NCBI GenBank assembly: GCA_021788645.1
Contig: JAJYKK010000002.1
Span: 73,481 to 137,480, forward strand
Origin: Pseudomonadota bacterium
GTDB lineage: Bacteria > Pseudomonadota > Gammaproteobacteria > Burkholderiales > JAKAFK01
Direction: 5' to 3'
DNA: 64,000 nucleotides
This document shows positions 8,874 through 19,231 of this stretch, piece by piece. The notes below the pieces were generated by a model. That model was not told the origin of the DNA and did no database searches. It saw only the letters and a program-made list of their open reading frames with translations. Each line of letters starts with the position of its first letter. The first letter of the stretch is position 1. The position numbers and the translations under genes are program-made.

Positions 8874-9680
8874 CTATGTGTAAAAGCTATGCACCAGGGA
8901 GCCGATCAGCAGATTCCATCCGTCCACCAGAACGAACAGCATCAGCTTGAAGGGCAGCGAAATCGTCACCGGGGACAGCATCATCATCCCCATCGACATC
9001 AGCACGCTGGCGACCACCATATCGATGATCAGGAAGGGAATGAAGATCACGAAGCCAATTTGGAACGCGGTCTTCAGTTCGCTGATCACGTAGGCGGGCA
9101 CCAGCACCATCATGCTGATGTCCGACGGCGCGTTGGGGCGCGGGCTCCGGGACAGCTTCAGAAACAATGCCAGATCCTCCTGGCGTGTCTGCCGGAGCAT
9201 GAAGGCCTTGAGCGGAACCTCGCCCTGGGCCAACGCCTGTTGCGCGGTGATCTTGTCTTGCGAGTAGGGCGCATAGGCCTGCGTGTAGATCTTGTTGAAT
9301 ACCGGCCCCATGACGAAGAAGGTGAGGAAGAGCGCCAATCCGATCAGCACCTGGTTGGGTGGGGTCGTGGCGGTCCCCAATGCTTGGCGCAGCAAGGAAA
9401 GAACGATGATGATGCGCGTGAAGGAGGTCATCATCAGGAGGACCGCCGGCAGGAAGGTGAGCCCCGTCAGGAAGAGCAGGGTCTGGATGCTGATGCTGTA
9501 GCTGTGCCCGCCCCCGGCCAGGGGTACGCTGGAGAAGGCGGGAATGCTGGGCTGCGCCATGGCATGCTGCGGCACGAGCACCAAGCCGGTCAAGACGCAG
9601 AACAGCGCCACCCGTGCGCCCGCCCTAGGAAACCGGGCCTGAATGCGCCGCAGGATTCCCGATGATGCCTTATCGTCCAC
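8874..9680 (-). CDS. fliP: Flagellar export gate protein FliP
   Basis: [20 protein letters not shown] and [27 protein letters not shown] motifs. Confidence 0.95.
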   Translation of the reverse strand: MDDKASSGILRRIQARFPRAGARVALFCVLTGLVLVPQHAMAQPSIPAFSSVPLAGGGHSYSISIQTLLFLTGLTFLPAVLLMMTSFTRIIIVLSLLRQALGTATTPPNQVLIGLALFLTFFVMGPVFNKIYTQAYAPYSQDKITAQQALAQGEVPLKAFMLRQTRQEDLALFLKLSRSPRPNAPSDISMMVLVPAYVISELKTAFQIGFVIFIPFLIIDMVVASVLMSMGMMMLSPVTISLPFKLMLFVLVDGWNLLIGSLVHSFYT

Positions 9681-10131
9681 TCTGCCTTCCTTGCAGGGCT
9701 CGCTTGAGCCACGCCGGAAACGCCGCTTCTGGCTGGGCAGACGGTCCGGCTTCGTAATCCTTGGGCTTGGGCAAGGTATAGAGCGCGTTCACGCGACCGG
9801 GGGCGACGCCCAGCACGAGCCAGGTCTCCCCGATCTCGACCAGCACCACGCGCTCCTTCGGCCCGACCAGCACCCCGCCGACCACCCTCAGCGCGCCGCC
9901 GGCCCATCGCTGCCCGGGCACGAAGCGCTTGAGCAGCCAGGCGGTTCCCACGATCGCGGCCAAGACGAGGGCAAGTCCCGCCAGCACCTGCAAAGCGCCC
10001 ATGGCAGATACCACCGGCGCCGTGGCGCCAAGCGGAGCAGCCAGCCCGAGCCGCGTCCATCCCGCGGCTGCGAGCCCCGCGCCCAGGCGCCCGGCGGTCC
10101 GCCAGGCCGCCTCCTGTCGTGCGTGCATCAT
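9670..10131 (-). CDS. fliO: Flagellar biosynthesis protein FliO
   Basis: Single TM segment ([22 protein letters not shown]) followed by [21 protein letters not shown] start overlaps the fliN stop (ATGA at 10128-10131). The track ORF 9670..10521 is over-extended. Confidence 0.8.
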   Translation of the reverse strand: MMHARQEAAWRTAGRLGAGLAAAGWTRLGLAAPLGATAPVVSAMGALQVLAGLALVLAAIVGTAWLLKRFVPGQRWAGGALRVVGGVLVGPKERVVLVEIGETWLVLGVAPGRVNALYTLPKPKDYEAGPSAQPEAAFPAWLKRALQGRQSGR

Positions 10132-10604
10132 CGGTGCAGCTTGCGCAGCCGCTCCGACGGCGTGATGATGTCGGTCAGACGAATGCCAAACTTGTCGTTG
10201 ACCACCACCACCTCGCCTTGGGCGATCAGGGTTCCGTTGACGAGCACATCCATGGGTTCGCCGGCCAGGCAGTCCAGTTCCACGACCGATCCCTGGGCAA
10301 GCTGGAGCAGGCTGCGGATGGCGATCTTGGTGCGCCCGAGCTCGACGGTCAGCTGCACCGGGATGTCGAGGATCATGTCCAGGTTGTTGGGCGCCGCACC
10401 GGGCACGGGCTCCGGCGTCAGCGGCTCGAAGATCTGGGCAGGCGCCGGATTGGCCCTCGGCTGCGGCACTTCCGCGGCAGGCTGGTCGCCGGCACCCTGC
10501 TCGGCCAGGGCCGCGGCCCAATCGTCGTCCGTCGTCCCGCCCGCCTGGTCGGCCACCGCCGCCGCCCAGTCGTCGGCACTGATCTGGCCCTTGTCGTCAG
10601 CCAT
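10128..10604 (-). CDS. fliN: Flagellar motor switch protein FliN
   Basis: C-terminal SpoA domain (DIPVQLTVELGRTKIAIRSLLQL..GSVVELD). Confidence 0.95.
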   Translation of the reverse strand: MADDKGQISADDWAAAVADQAGGTTDDDWAAALAEQGAGDQPAAEVPQPRANPAPAQIFEPLTPEPVPGAAPNNLDMILDIPVQLTVELGRTKIAIRSLLQLAQGSVVELDCLAGEPMDVLVNGTLIAQGEVVVVNDKFGIRLTDIITPSERLRKLHR

Positions 10605-11595
10605 TCTTGCCCCCCATGGGCGCCTCGCCGTCCCCCGTCAGCACCTTCTTGACCTTGAGGGCATATTGGCCGTTCATGACGCCATAGTTGCACTCGAGAA
10701 TGGGGATGCCGTCCACCTCGGCCACGATGGCCTCAGGAATATCAAGGGAGATCACGTCGCCGACCTTGAGATTAAGAATCTGACCCAGCGTAATCGGCGC
10801 CTGACTCAACGTCGCGACGAGGTCGACTTCGGCGCTTTGGACTTGCCGGCCCATCAACGTCACCCAGCGCTCGTCTACTTCGGTGCGATCCGCTTGCATC
10901 GTGCTGTTGAGAAGATCACGAACCGGCTCGATCATAGCATAGGGCATACAGACATGGAAATCGCCGCCGCCCGTGCCCAATTCGATGTTGAAAGTCGTGG
11001 TGACCACCACTTCGGTCGGCGTGGCGATGTTCGCGAATTGAGTGTTCATTTCCGAGCGGATGTATTCGAACTGGACGCGATAGATCGGTTCCCAGGACTT
11101 CTGGTACTCCTCGAACGCCACCGCCAGCAGCCGCTGAATGATGCGCTGCTCGGTCGGCGTGAAGTCCCGCCCTTCCACCCGCATGTGGAACCGGCCGTCG
11201 CCGCCGAACAGGCTGTCGACAACAAGAAACACCAGGTTGGGATCGAAGATGAACAGGCCGGTGCCCCGCAGAGGGTGCGCGTGCACCAGGTTCAGGTTGG
11301 TCGGAACAACCAGGTTGCGGACAAAATCGCTGTATTTCTGGACCCGAACGGGGCCCACGGAGATCTCGGCATTGCGCCGCAGGAAATTGAACAGGCCGAT
11401 GCGAAACAGCCGCGCGAAGCGCTCGTTGATGAGCTCGAGCGTCGGCATGCGCCCGCGAACGATGCGTTCCTGCCTGCCGATATCATAGGCGCGGACGCCG
11501 GACTGGTCCGCCGGGGCGGCGGCTTCCTCCGCCTCGCCCGTCACGCCCCGCAGCAGGGCGTCGACTTCCTCTTGGGAAAGGATATCGTCCGACAC
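10597..11595 (-). CDS. fliM: Flagellar motor switch protein FliM
   Basis: N-terminal CheY-P binding motif LSQEEVDALL. 332 aa. Confidence 0.95.
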   Translation of the reverse strand: MSDDILSQEEVDALLRGVTGEAEEAAAPADQSGVRAYDIGRQERIVRGRMPTLELINERFARLFRIGLFNFLRRNAEISVGPVRVQKYSDFVRNLVVPTNLNLVHAHPLRGTGLFIFDPNLVFLVVDSLFGGDGRFHMRVEGRDFTPTEQRIIQRLLAVAFEEYQKSWEPIYRVQFEYIRSEMNTQFANIATPTEVVVTTTFNIELGTGGGDFHVCMPYAMIEPVRDLLNSTMQADRTEVDERWVTLMGRQVQSAEVDLVATLSQAPITLGQILNLKVGDVISLDIPEAIVAEVDGIPILECNYGVMNGQYALKVKKVLTGDGEAPMGGKNG

Positions 11596-11605
11596 GAGGG
11601 TGTGC

Positions 11606-12100
11606 TTACTGGATCACGAAGTTGGTGAAAAGCACGTCCGTCACCCCTTGGGACGGACCATGCGCCCCCAGGATCTGATTGACGGCCCCCTTGATTTGAT
11701 CGGCCAACTGCTTGGTCCCGTTTGGCGTCGCAAGATCGGAGGCTCGCTTGCTGCGCATGATCTGCAAGATGGCATTGCGCACTTCCGGCATGCGGGTCGA
11801 GATACCGTCCCCAACCTTTGCATCCGCGATCTGCAGCGTAATATCCGCCTGCAGATAGTGCGCCTCGGGACCGGCCAGGTTGGTCGTGAAGGTATCAAGA
11901 CGCTGAAACACGGGCGGCGCCGCCTTGGCCGCCTGCGGCTTGGCGCCGGGGTGGTAGAACAGGAAATACCAAGCCGCCGCGCCACCGCCGCCCAGCAGCA
12001 GCAGGACGATCAATATGACAAGGAAGCCCCCTTTCTTCTTCTTCGGTGCCTGTTCGGGCTCCTTGATCTCTGGTGCCGGCTTGACATTTGCCTTCGCCAT
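11606..12100 (-). CDS. fliL: Flagellar basal-body-associated protein FliL
   Basis: Lys-rich N-terminus, a single TM segment, and position upstream of fliM. Confidence 0.9.
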   Translation of the reverse strand: MAKANVKPAPEIKEPEQAPKKKKGGFLVILIVLLLLGGGGAAAWYFLFYHPGAKPQAAKAAPPVFQRLDTFTTNLAGPEAHYLQADITLQIADAKVGDGISTRMPEVRNAILQIMRSKRASDLATPNGTKQLADQIKGAVNQILGAHGPSQGVTDVLFTNFVIQ

Positions 12101-12556
12101 CTTCTCGCCCTCCCAATGACGATGTCTTATATTAAGGCAGCGCGCCGGCCCGTGCCATACCCCTCAATTCGGCCGCACGCTGCACGCAAGAATCCCTGAT
12201 TGTGGCTTTATAACTCAGAATAAATTTAAAAACAAGCATTTTCGCAGGACTGTTGACGTTCTTTGTGATTTGGCGGAATCACCGTCTCCGGCGCGCCGCA
12301 GGGGGTACGAAGAAACGCCCGGAATGGCGCGATGGAAGGACGACGGGAGGCACGAAGAGGCCTGGGGGGCACCGGAGCCCCATCGGCGCGAGGACGCGGA
12401 AAGCCGCGAAGCGGTCAGTGGCGGCCGAGACATTCCCGCTCCGCCGCCCCATCGCGGAAGAGCATGCCCCGCCCCGCCGATGCGGGAGGACAAAAGGAGG
12501 CCGACGATGTTGCCCGCCTCGAGGTCCAATTGGGCAACAGGCGCGGCGGCCACTCG

Positions 12557-13753
12557 TCAGGCGAACAGATCGACCATCCCCGTTCCCCCATAGCCTTTCA
12601 CGCCGGCGGCTTTCGCCGCCAGGCCAGCCAGTTGCGGCTCGGCCGAATGGCCCGCGTGCGTGCCCCGACCGCCATGACCGAAGGACTGCTGCGACGACGA
12701 TTGCGAGCCGACGCTCACATTGCCCAGCGCAATGCCGCTTTGCGCCAGCGACTCCCGCAGCTGCGGAAGCGCCGACTGGATCGCCTCGCGCACCGCCGGA
12801 TGGTCGGCCACAAAAACCGCGTTCGCCTGGTCATTGGACAGCGTCAGCTGCACTTCGATGGGCCCCAAGTGCGGCGGATTGAGGTGCAGCGCCGCACTCT
12901 GCTGCGACTGGCCCGCCATCCACACCACCCGCTCTCCCAGCGCATTGCCCCAGGCCGGGGAACTCACCGGCTGGTCGATCGTGAGCGTGGCGGGCGCGCT
13001 CGCGCCATGCCCATCCCCGCCTTTCGACGCGCCCGCCAAGACTTGCTGGGGCGGCGCGCCCGAGACCCCGGCGGCTGCGTTGGCAGACGCGCCTGGGGCG
13101 GCTGCGCCCGACGGGTCGCCTTGCAGCGCCTGCAAATCGGCGTGGGTCGGCGCATCCGCGCGGCTCGCGATGGAGGCCCGCGCACCGCTCGCGGCCGGCT
13201 GCGTTTGCTCGCCCGCCCCGAACGTGCGCGCGGCAAGCCGCGCGCCCGTCGACGGCGCCGCCGCCAGCACTTGGGAGGGCGGCGCTGCCGTCGACGCATC
13301 CGTGGACGTTGGCGCGGCTTGAGGCGGCAACGCATCCTTGCCGGGTGCGGCAACTTTTGCCTGCGCACCCACGTCGTGCGCCGTGCGTAGCGCATAGCGC
13401 GCGGCCAAGTCCTGAGGGCCCGGCGCGGCCGCCTTCGCCCCACCGGCCGGCGCCTGCGCCGCCGCGAGCGGCACGCCCTGCGCAGCGGCCAGCACCGCCT
13501 GCGCGGCCGCGCCGCCACCCGGCGCGGTGCCCGCTGCCGAGGCCGCCTCGTGGTTCTTTCCCCCCTTCTTGGCGCCGCCCAGTTTGCGCACCTGCTCGGC
13601 AAGCGTCGCGTGGAAACTCGCAGGCGGCGGCGCGGCGCCCGCATCCCCCCCCTGCGGCTGCGCCGCTTCGGCGGGACCGGATTTGGCACTGCCCCCCGCG
13701 GGCGCGGACGCAGGCGGCAGATTCGGGGCGACGGGGACAGGGGGCATCGGCAT
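12557..13753 (-). CDS. fliK: Flagellar hook-length control protein FliK
   Basis: Ala/Pro/Gly-rich central region and conserved C-terminal domain (LHLNPPHLGPIEVQL...VREAIQSALPQLRESL). ATG at 13753 with AAGGAA RBS. The track ORF extends to 13978 across fliJ. Confidence 0.85.
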   Translation of the reverse strand: MPMPPVPVAPNLPPASAPAGGSAKSGPAEAAQPQGGDAGAAPPPASFHATLAEQVRKLGGAKKGGKNHEAASAAGTAPGGGAAAQAVLAAAQGVPLAAAQAPAGGAKAAAPGPQDLAARYALRTAHDVGAQAKVAAPGKDALPPQAAPTSTDASTAAPPSQVLAAAPSTGARLAARTFGAGEQTQPAASGARASIASRADAPTHADLQALQGDPSGAAAPGASANAAAGVSGAPPQQVLAGASKGGDGHGASAPATLTIDQPVSSPAWGNALGERVVWMAGQSQQSAALHLNPPHLGPIEVQLTLSNDQANAVFVADHPAVREAIQSALPQLRESLAQSGIALGNVSVGSQSSSQQSFGHGGRGTHAGHSAEPQLAGLAAKAAGVKGYGGTGMVDLFA

Positions 13754-13808
13754 AGCGCGTTCCTTATCAATAGCGGCTATCCCGACAATAAGCAAACCCT
13801 GTGCCAGA

Positions 13809-14267
13809 TCAGTCGCTCCCCTGCCCTTCCCGGCCGGCGACGGACGATTTCTCGGCGAGTTCATCGAGCAGGCGCTGCTCGCGCCGCATCTCGGCCTTGA
13901 GCTGCCGCGCCGCATGACGGCGGGCGAGCGTCTCCAAGGCATCGAGCTGGCGTTTCTTGAGGCGCCAGTGCGCCGCACCCTCCTCCCACCGCGTCTTCGC
14001 GCGCTCGGCTTCTCCCCGCTGCTGCACGAGCGCGGCGTCCAGCTTCCCCAGGAAGGCGCGGAAGTCGCGCATCAGCGCGACGGGCATGCCTTCTTGGGAG
14101 AGTTGCCGCAATTTCCCCTGGTATTCCGCGTGGTAGACGAGGATCTGCCCCAGCTTTGCTTCCTGCCCGTCCCATTGGAGCTTGCGCGCCTGCAGATCGC
14201 GCGCGGCCGCGTCCAGTTGGCTGCGGGCAAGCTCGATGAGGGGGTGAAGGTGAAACCGGCCGGTCAT
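13809..14267 (-). CDS. fliJ: Flagellar export chaperone FliJ
   Basis: 152-aa coiled-coil protein located between fliI and fliK. Confidence 0.85.
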   Translation of the reverse strand: MTGRFHLHPLIELARSQLDAAARDLQARKLQWDGQEAKLGQILVYHAEYQGKLRQLSQEGMPVALMRDFRAFLGKLDAALVQQRGEAERAKTRWEEGAAHWRLKKRQLDALETLARRHAARQLKAEMRREQRLLDELAEKSSVAGREGQGSD

Positions 14268-14305
14268 GGGTCGTCATCTCCGCGCATGGCCGCTAAGGCC
14301 TCACG

Positions 14306-15700
14306 TCACCCGAGCGCCGCCTTGAGGCCGCGGCGGCTCGCCGCATAATCCTCGCGCTCCATCATGTCCTGTGCCAGGAAGGCCTCCAGCCGGGGGTAGA
14401 GCGCCACGGCTTCGTCGAGGGACGGATCCGCGCCGCGCACGTAGGCCCCGACGGAAATGAGATCGCGGGAGCGCTGGTAGCGCGCATACAGCGCCTTGAA
14501 GCGGCGCACGAGAACCAATTCCTCCGCGGACAGCAGATCCGTGAGGGTGCGGCTGATCGAGGCCTCGATGTCGATGGCCGGATAATGCCCCTGATCCGCC
14601 AACTGCCGCGACAATACGATGTGCCCATCCAGGATGGCCCTCGCGCTGTCCGCAATGGGATCCTGCTGATCGTCCCCTTCCGTGAGCACGGTGTAGAAGG
14701 CCGTGATGGACCCCCCCCCCGCCCGCCCGTTGCCCGCGCGCTCCACGAGTTGCGGCAACTTGGCAAAAACCGAAGGGGGATACCCCTTGGTCGCAGGCGG
14801 CTCGCCGATGGCCAGCGCAATCTCCCGTTGCGCCATGGCATACCGCGTGAGCGAGTCCATGATCAGCAGCACATGCCTGCCCTGCTCGCGGAAGTATTCG
14901 GCGATGGTCGTCGCGTACGCGGCGCCATGCAACCGCAGCAGCGGCGGCGTATCGGCCGGCGCCGCGACGACCACCGAACGCGCAAGACCCGCCTCTCCGA
15001 GGATATTCTCGATGAATTCCTTGACTTCCCGTCCCCGTTCGCCGATCAGGCCCACCACCACGACGTCGGCACCCGTATAGCGCGCCATCATGCCGAGCAG
15101 GATACTCTTGCCCACCCCGCTGCCGGCAAAAAGCCCCACGCGCTGCCCTCGTCCGACGGTCAGGAGCGCGTTGATCGCGCGCACCCCAACGTCCAGCACA
15201 TGATCAATCGGCGCGCGATCGAGCGGGTTGACCGGCCGGCTTTGGAGCGGCAGTCGATGCTCGAGCGTCAACGGGCCCTTCTTGTCCAGTATCCGCCCCG
15301 CGCCATCGAGCACTCGCCCCAACAGCGCATCGCCCACGCACACCTGCTTGGCATGATCCTCCGCGCGGCGCCGCGGGACATAGGGGGATCCGAGCTGCGG
15401 GGCCGCATGAGCGGCCGTCTCCACGGGAATCACGGCCGCCCCGGGCACGAGCCCGTAGGTGTCGGTCGATGGCATCAGGAACAGCCGATCGCCTGAAAAG
15501 CCGACGACTTCGGCCTCGACCCGTTGCGCCCCTGGCGAATGGACCACGCAGCCGGTTCCCACCGCAAGCTTGAGTCCCACCGCCTCCATCACCAGGCCCG
15601 CCACGCGGGTCAGGCGCCCGCTGACCAGGAACGGACTCGCGGTTCCCAGCGCCTTCGAACAGTCCTGCAGGTAGGCGCTTAGCCGGCGATTCGCGCTCAC
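14306..15700 (-). CDS. fliI: Flagellum-specific ATPase FliI
   Basis: Walker A GSGVGKS, Walker [10 protein letters not shown]. 464 aa. Confidence 0.95.
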   Translation of the reverse strand: MSANRRLSAYLQDCSKALGTASPFLVSGRLTRVAGLVMEAVGLKLAVGTGCVVHSPGAQRVEAEVVGFSGDRLFLMPSTDTYGLVPGAAVIPVETAAHAAPQLGSPYVPRRRAEDHAKQVCVGDALLGRVLDGAGRILDKKGPLTLEHRLPLQSRPVNPLDRAPIDHVLDVGVRAINALLTVGRGQRVGLFAGSGVGKSILLGMMARYTGADVVVVGLIGERGREVKEFIENILGEAGLARSVVVAAPADTPPLLRLHGAAYATTIAEYFREQGRHVLLIMDSLTRYAMAQREIALAIGEPPATKGYPPSVFAKLPQLVERAGNGRAGGGSITAFYTVLTEGDDQQDPIADSARAILDGHIVLSRQLADQGHYPAIDIEASISRTLTDLLSAEELVLVRRFKALYARYQRSRDLISVGAYVRGADPSLDEAVALYPRLEAFLAQDMMEREDYAASRRGLKAALG

Positions 15701-15703
15701 GGG

Positions 15704-16354
15704 CTACTCCAGCCAGTCTACATTGAGCCCGAGCGTCGCGACGAGCTGCTTCCAGCGGGTCTCGATCGTCGCGTCGACTTCGCAATGCATCGCCTCGACG
15801 CGGCATCCGCCCGGCGACAGCCGGGCATCCTCGACCACCTGGCAGCCCAACGCGGCCAGTTCGGCCTCCAGCTGCGTCCGCACCAGCGCGGCATCGTCCG
15901 GGCGAACAACCAGGCGCAGCGAATGGCTGGCGTGAGGCAGTGCATTGAGGGCTTCGCGCACGACCGGCAGCACGGCGTCGGGCCTGATCTTGAGGCTGCC
16001 GCGAAACAAATGCCGCGCCAGCTCCAAGCCAAGCGCCACCACGTCACGCGCAATGGCCTCTTCCATTTGCGCCAGGGACTCTCGTGCCTCGGCCAGCATC
16101 CGGCCGATGGCCTGCGCGTCGCGCCGTCCCTTCTCGAGCCCCTCGCGGTAACCCGCATTGAGTCCCTCCTCGCGGGCCTGCGCATGAATGCGCTCGATCT
16201 CCTCGGCCGTCGGCAACGACACGAGATCCTCCGGCGCCCCGGCCGCCGGCCGCTCGGACTCGTTGAGCGAGCCCAGTTCCCACCGCTGGTAGGCGCTCAA
16301 CTGCTCCTTGGGAATGATCTTACTCGACAAGTCCTTCCTCTCCCTTGCCGGCAA
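15704..16354 (-). CDS. fliH: Flagellar assembly protein FliH
   Basis: Located between fliG and fliI. FliH-like central region (EEIERIHAQAREEGLNAGYREGLEKG). The start is uncertain: TTG at 16354 or TTG at 16330, both overlapping the fliG end. Confidence 0.85.
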   Translation of the reverse strand: MPARERKDLSSKIIPKEQLSAYQRWELGSLNESERPAAGAPEDLVSLPTAEEIERIHAQAREEGLNAGYREGLEKGRRDAQAIGRMLAEARESLAQMEEAIARDVVALGLELARHLFRGSLKIRPDAVLPVVREALNALPHASHSLRLVVRPDDAALVRTQLEAELAALGCQVVEDARLSPGGCRVEAMHCEVDATIETRWKQLVATLGLNVDWLE

Positions 16355-17318
16355 GGATGATCTGGCCGCCCTCGGCTAGCCTGCGCACGATCTTGAGAAT
16401 CTCCTTCTGCTCCGCCTCTACCTCGGACAGCCGCACCGCGCCCTTGGCCTCGAGGTCGTCACGCAGCATCTCGGCCGCGCGCTGCGACATGTTCTTGAAG
16501 ATCTTCTCCCGCAGCTCCGGACTCGTGCCCTTGAGCGCGACGATGAGCGACTCGGATTGCACCTCCCGCAGCAACAGCTGGATCGAGCGGTCATCCAGAT
16601 CGAGGAGGTTCTCGAACACGAACATCTCGTCCTGGATGCGCTGGGCCAGATCAGGGTCATAGTCCTTGATCGCGGAAATGACCGTCCCCTCCTCGCTCGC
16701 CCCCATGAAGTTGAGGATCTCGGCCGCCGTGCGCACCCCACCCATGGCGCTCTTCTTGAGCTTGTCGCCCCCCGTGAGGAGCTTCGTCAGCACGTCGTTG
16801 AGCTCGCGCAGGGCCGCCGGCTGGACGCCTTCGAGCGTCGCGATGCGCAAAATGACATCGTTTCGCAAGCGCTCCGGGAAAAAGCCCAGCACCTCGCTGG
16901 CCTGATCGCGGTCCAGATGGACGAGAATGGTGGCGATGATCTGGGGATGCTCACTCTTGATCAGCTCGGCGACCGAGCCGGAGTCCATCCATTTGAGGCC
17001 TTCGATGCCGCTCGTGTCCCCGCCGTGCAGGATGCGATCGATCAGGTTGGCGGCCTTGTCGTTGCCCAGCGCCTTGGTCAGCACCTTGCGGATATAATCG
17101 TCCGAGGCCATCCCCAGCGTCGTCTTCTCCTCGGCCTTGTCGCGGAATTCCGACAGCACCTCTTCCACCTGGTCGCGCGTCACGTTGGCGAGCGCCGCCA
17201 TCGCCGTCCCGAGCTTCTGCACCTCGCGCGGCCCCAGGTATTTGAAGACTTCCACCGCCTCCTCCTCGCCCAGGGACATGAGGAGGATCGCGCTTTTTTG
17301 CAGGCCGTCCTGGCTCAT
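16320..17318 (-). CDS. fliG: Flagellar motor switch protein FliG
   Basis: KSAILLMSLGEEEAVEVFKYL and MFVFENL motifs. The start overlaps the fliF stop (ATGA). Confidence 0.95.
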   Translation of the reverse strand: MSQDGLQKSAILLMSLGEEEAVEVFKYLGPREVQKLGTAMAALANVTRDQVEEVLSEFRDKAEEKTTLGMASDDYIRKVLTKALGNDKAANLIDRILHGGDTSGIEGLKWMDSGSVAELIKSEHPQIIATILVHLDRDQASEVLGFFPERLRNDVILRIATLEGVQPAALRELNDVLTKLLTGGDKLKKSAMGGVRTAAEILNFMGASEEGTVISAIKDYDPDLAQRIQDEMFVFENLLDLDDRSIQLLLREVQSESLIVALKGTSPELREKIFKNMSQRAAEMLRDDLEAKGAVRLSEVEAEQKEILKIVRRLAEGGQIILAGKGEEGLVE

Positions 17319-18958
17319 TCGGCTTCAACCCAATCCTTGACGACCTGGGCCACCATCTTGGGATCCTGGCGAGCGATCTCCTTCGCCGCGTGGAGGTTCT
17401 CCTCGTAGCCGATGACCGCCCTGGCCCGCTCTGCGACGTGGTGCCCGGGCATGTTCGCCTCGGCCTCGGCCTCCACGGCCACCGCGTTGCGCCGGGCAAG
17501 CTCGGTCATCAGCGGGCGAAACACGCCGAACGCCAGATACAGCACGACGCCGGCGACCAGCAAGTCCTTCAGGATGCTTTCGACCAGCGCCTGGTTGGCG
17601 GGATCCTTCCAGAATGGGGTCGCCGAAGGCAACACTTGCGTGGCCGCGCTGAACGACGCGTTCACCACGTTCACGGTATCGCCGCGCTGGGCGTCGTAGC
17701 CGATCGCCTCCTTGACGAGGTTGGTGATCTGCGCGATCTCCTGTCTCGGCAACGGCTTGTACGACACCTTGCCGTCCTGGGCAACGACCCGCGCATCGTT
17801 GACCACCACGGCCACCGACAGCCGCTTCACCGCACCCACGGGATCGATCACATGGGAGACCGTCTTGTCGACCTCGTAGTTGACCGTGGACTCCTTGCTC
17901 ATATTGCCCGGTGCGGAAGACCCCGCGACGCTCCCGGGGACGGCGCCGGGCGCCGTCCCCGAGGCGGGCGCGTTGAGCGGGGCGCTGGCCGCGCCGGGCG
18001 GCTGATTGGACAAGGCGCCCGGAATGCCGGTCGCCGACTGGCCATTGGCGCCGACGGTCTCGCTGGTCTGCTCGCTTCGCATCGCCTGATTCTGGGTCGC
18101 CGAATTCGGCTTGAAGCTCTCCGCCGTCTGTTCCACCCGCGAGAAGTCAAGATCCGCGGCCACCTGCGCGCGCACGTTCCCCGCCCCGGTGATCGGACTC
18201 ACGATGGACTCGATGGCGCCCTCGTAGTTCTTCTCCACCGTGCGCAAATAGTCGAGTTCCCCGGCGTCCAGCCCGTCTTGAGCAGCTCCCCCGGAACGGG
18301 TCAGCAGGTTGCCCGACTGATCCACCACCGTCACGTTGGACGCCGACAGATCGGGCACGCTGCTCGAAACGAGGTGCACGATGCCGCTGATCTGGCCCGG
18401 ATCCAGCACCCGGCCGGGATAGAGTTCCAGCAAAACAGACGCGGTGGGCTTGCGCTCCTCGCGGGCGAAGACCGAGGGCTGCGGGATCGCGAGATGGACG
18501 CGCGCGGCCTGCACGGCCGAGAGCGCCTCGATCGTGTTGGCGAGCTCGCCCTCGAGCGCGCGCTGATAATTGACGTGCTCGAGAAACTGGCTGGTCCCCA
18601 GCTTCTCGTTCTCGAGCACATCGAAACCGACGTTCCCGCCATGGGGCAAGCCTTGCGTCGCGAGCTTCAGGCGGGCGTTGTAGACTTGGGAGGCCGGCAC
18701 CAGGATCGCGCGGCCGCCGGCCGCGAATTCATAGGGCACGTTCATCTGCTGCAGGGCGGCAATGATGGCGCCCCCGTCGCGATCGGACAGATTGCTGTAA
18801 AGGACGCGGTAAGTCGGCGTCTGCGACCACATCCACAGCCCGGTCACCAGCGCGATGGCCGCCGCGAGGCCCACCATCATCCCCAGCTTCTGTCCGGCGC
18901 TCAGGCGCGAGAAGCCCTGCACCCACGCCTGCACCGCCTGCTGCGGCCCTACTGCCAT
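17315..18958 (-). CDS. fliF: Flagellar MS-ring protein FliF
   Basis: Typical FliF sequence. ATG at 18958 with GAGGTGG RBS. The track ORF start at 19069 adds an implausible 37 aa. Confidence 0.9.
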   Translation of the reverse strand: MAVGPQQAVQAWVQGFSRLSAGQKLGMMVGLAAAIALVTGLWMWSQTPTYRVLYSNLSDRDGGAIIAALQQMNVPYEFAAGGRAILVPASQVYNARLKLATQGLPHGGNVGFDVLENEKLGTSQFLEHVNYQRALEGELANTIEALSAVQAARVHLAIPQPSVFAREERKPTASVLLELYPGRVLDPGQISGIVHLVSSSVPDLSASNVTVVDQSGNLLTRSGGAAQDGLDAGELDYLRTVEKNYEGAIESIVSPITGAGNVRAQVAADLDFSRVEQTAESFKPNSATQNQAMRSEQTSETVGANGQSATGIPGALSNQPPGAASAPLNAPASGTAPGAVPGSVAGSSAPGNMSKESTVNYEVDKTVSHVIDPVGAVKRLSVAVVVNDARVVAQDGKVSYKPLPRQEIAQITNLVKEAIGYDAQRGDTVNVVNASFSAATQVLPSATPFWKDPANQALVESILKDLLVAGVVLYLAFGVFRPLMTELARRNAVAVEAEAEANMPGHHVAERARAVIGYEENLHAAKEIARQDPKMVAQVVKDWVEAE

Positions 18959-19231
18959 GACCACCTCGGCCGGGTGCCCGCACAGGCCCCGCAGGGAAAG
19001 GGAAGACAGGGGCGCCCCGGCGCCCGAGGCGCCGCGAGCAGCGCGGGACGCCTCGCCAGGGAACCACAACCGTCGGCGCGCAAGAGCCAGCCGCTACTCA
19101 AAAACTTGCGCATTTTCCGCGCGTCGCCTCCCACCACCAAGCTCGGCTCTTTGGTTAGACAATCATTCTTCGCTTCGCAGTGCGCCGGGCCATATCGCCC
19201 GGCCCGCGCGGGCACGCGCCCGCCCCCGTCG

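Noticed and set aside
12141-12158. TGGCAC motif (minus strand) about 50 nt upstream of fliL as a sigma-54 promoter
   Set aside because: The -12 GC dinucleotide is off by one position in either direction (TGGCACGGGCCGGCGCG). Sigma-54 promoters keep strict -24/-12 spacing. It is not called as a feature and is only mentioned in the spacer finding.
12215-12553. 112-aa minus-strand ORF (GTG start 4 nt after the fliK stop) filling the fliK-fliL spacer
   Set aside because: The product is Ser/Arg/Gly-rich. There is no RBS and no resemblance to any flagellar protein I know. By eye GC3 is lower than in flanking genes, and the ORF ends inside the AT-rich island. It is probably non-coding but cannot be excluded without conservation data.
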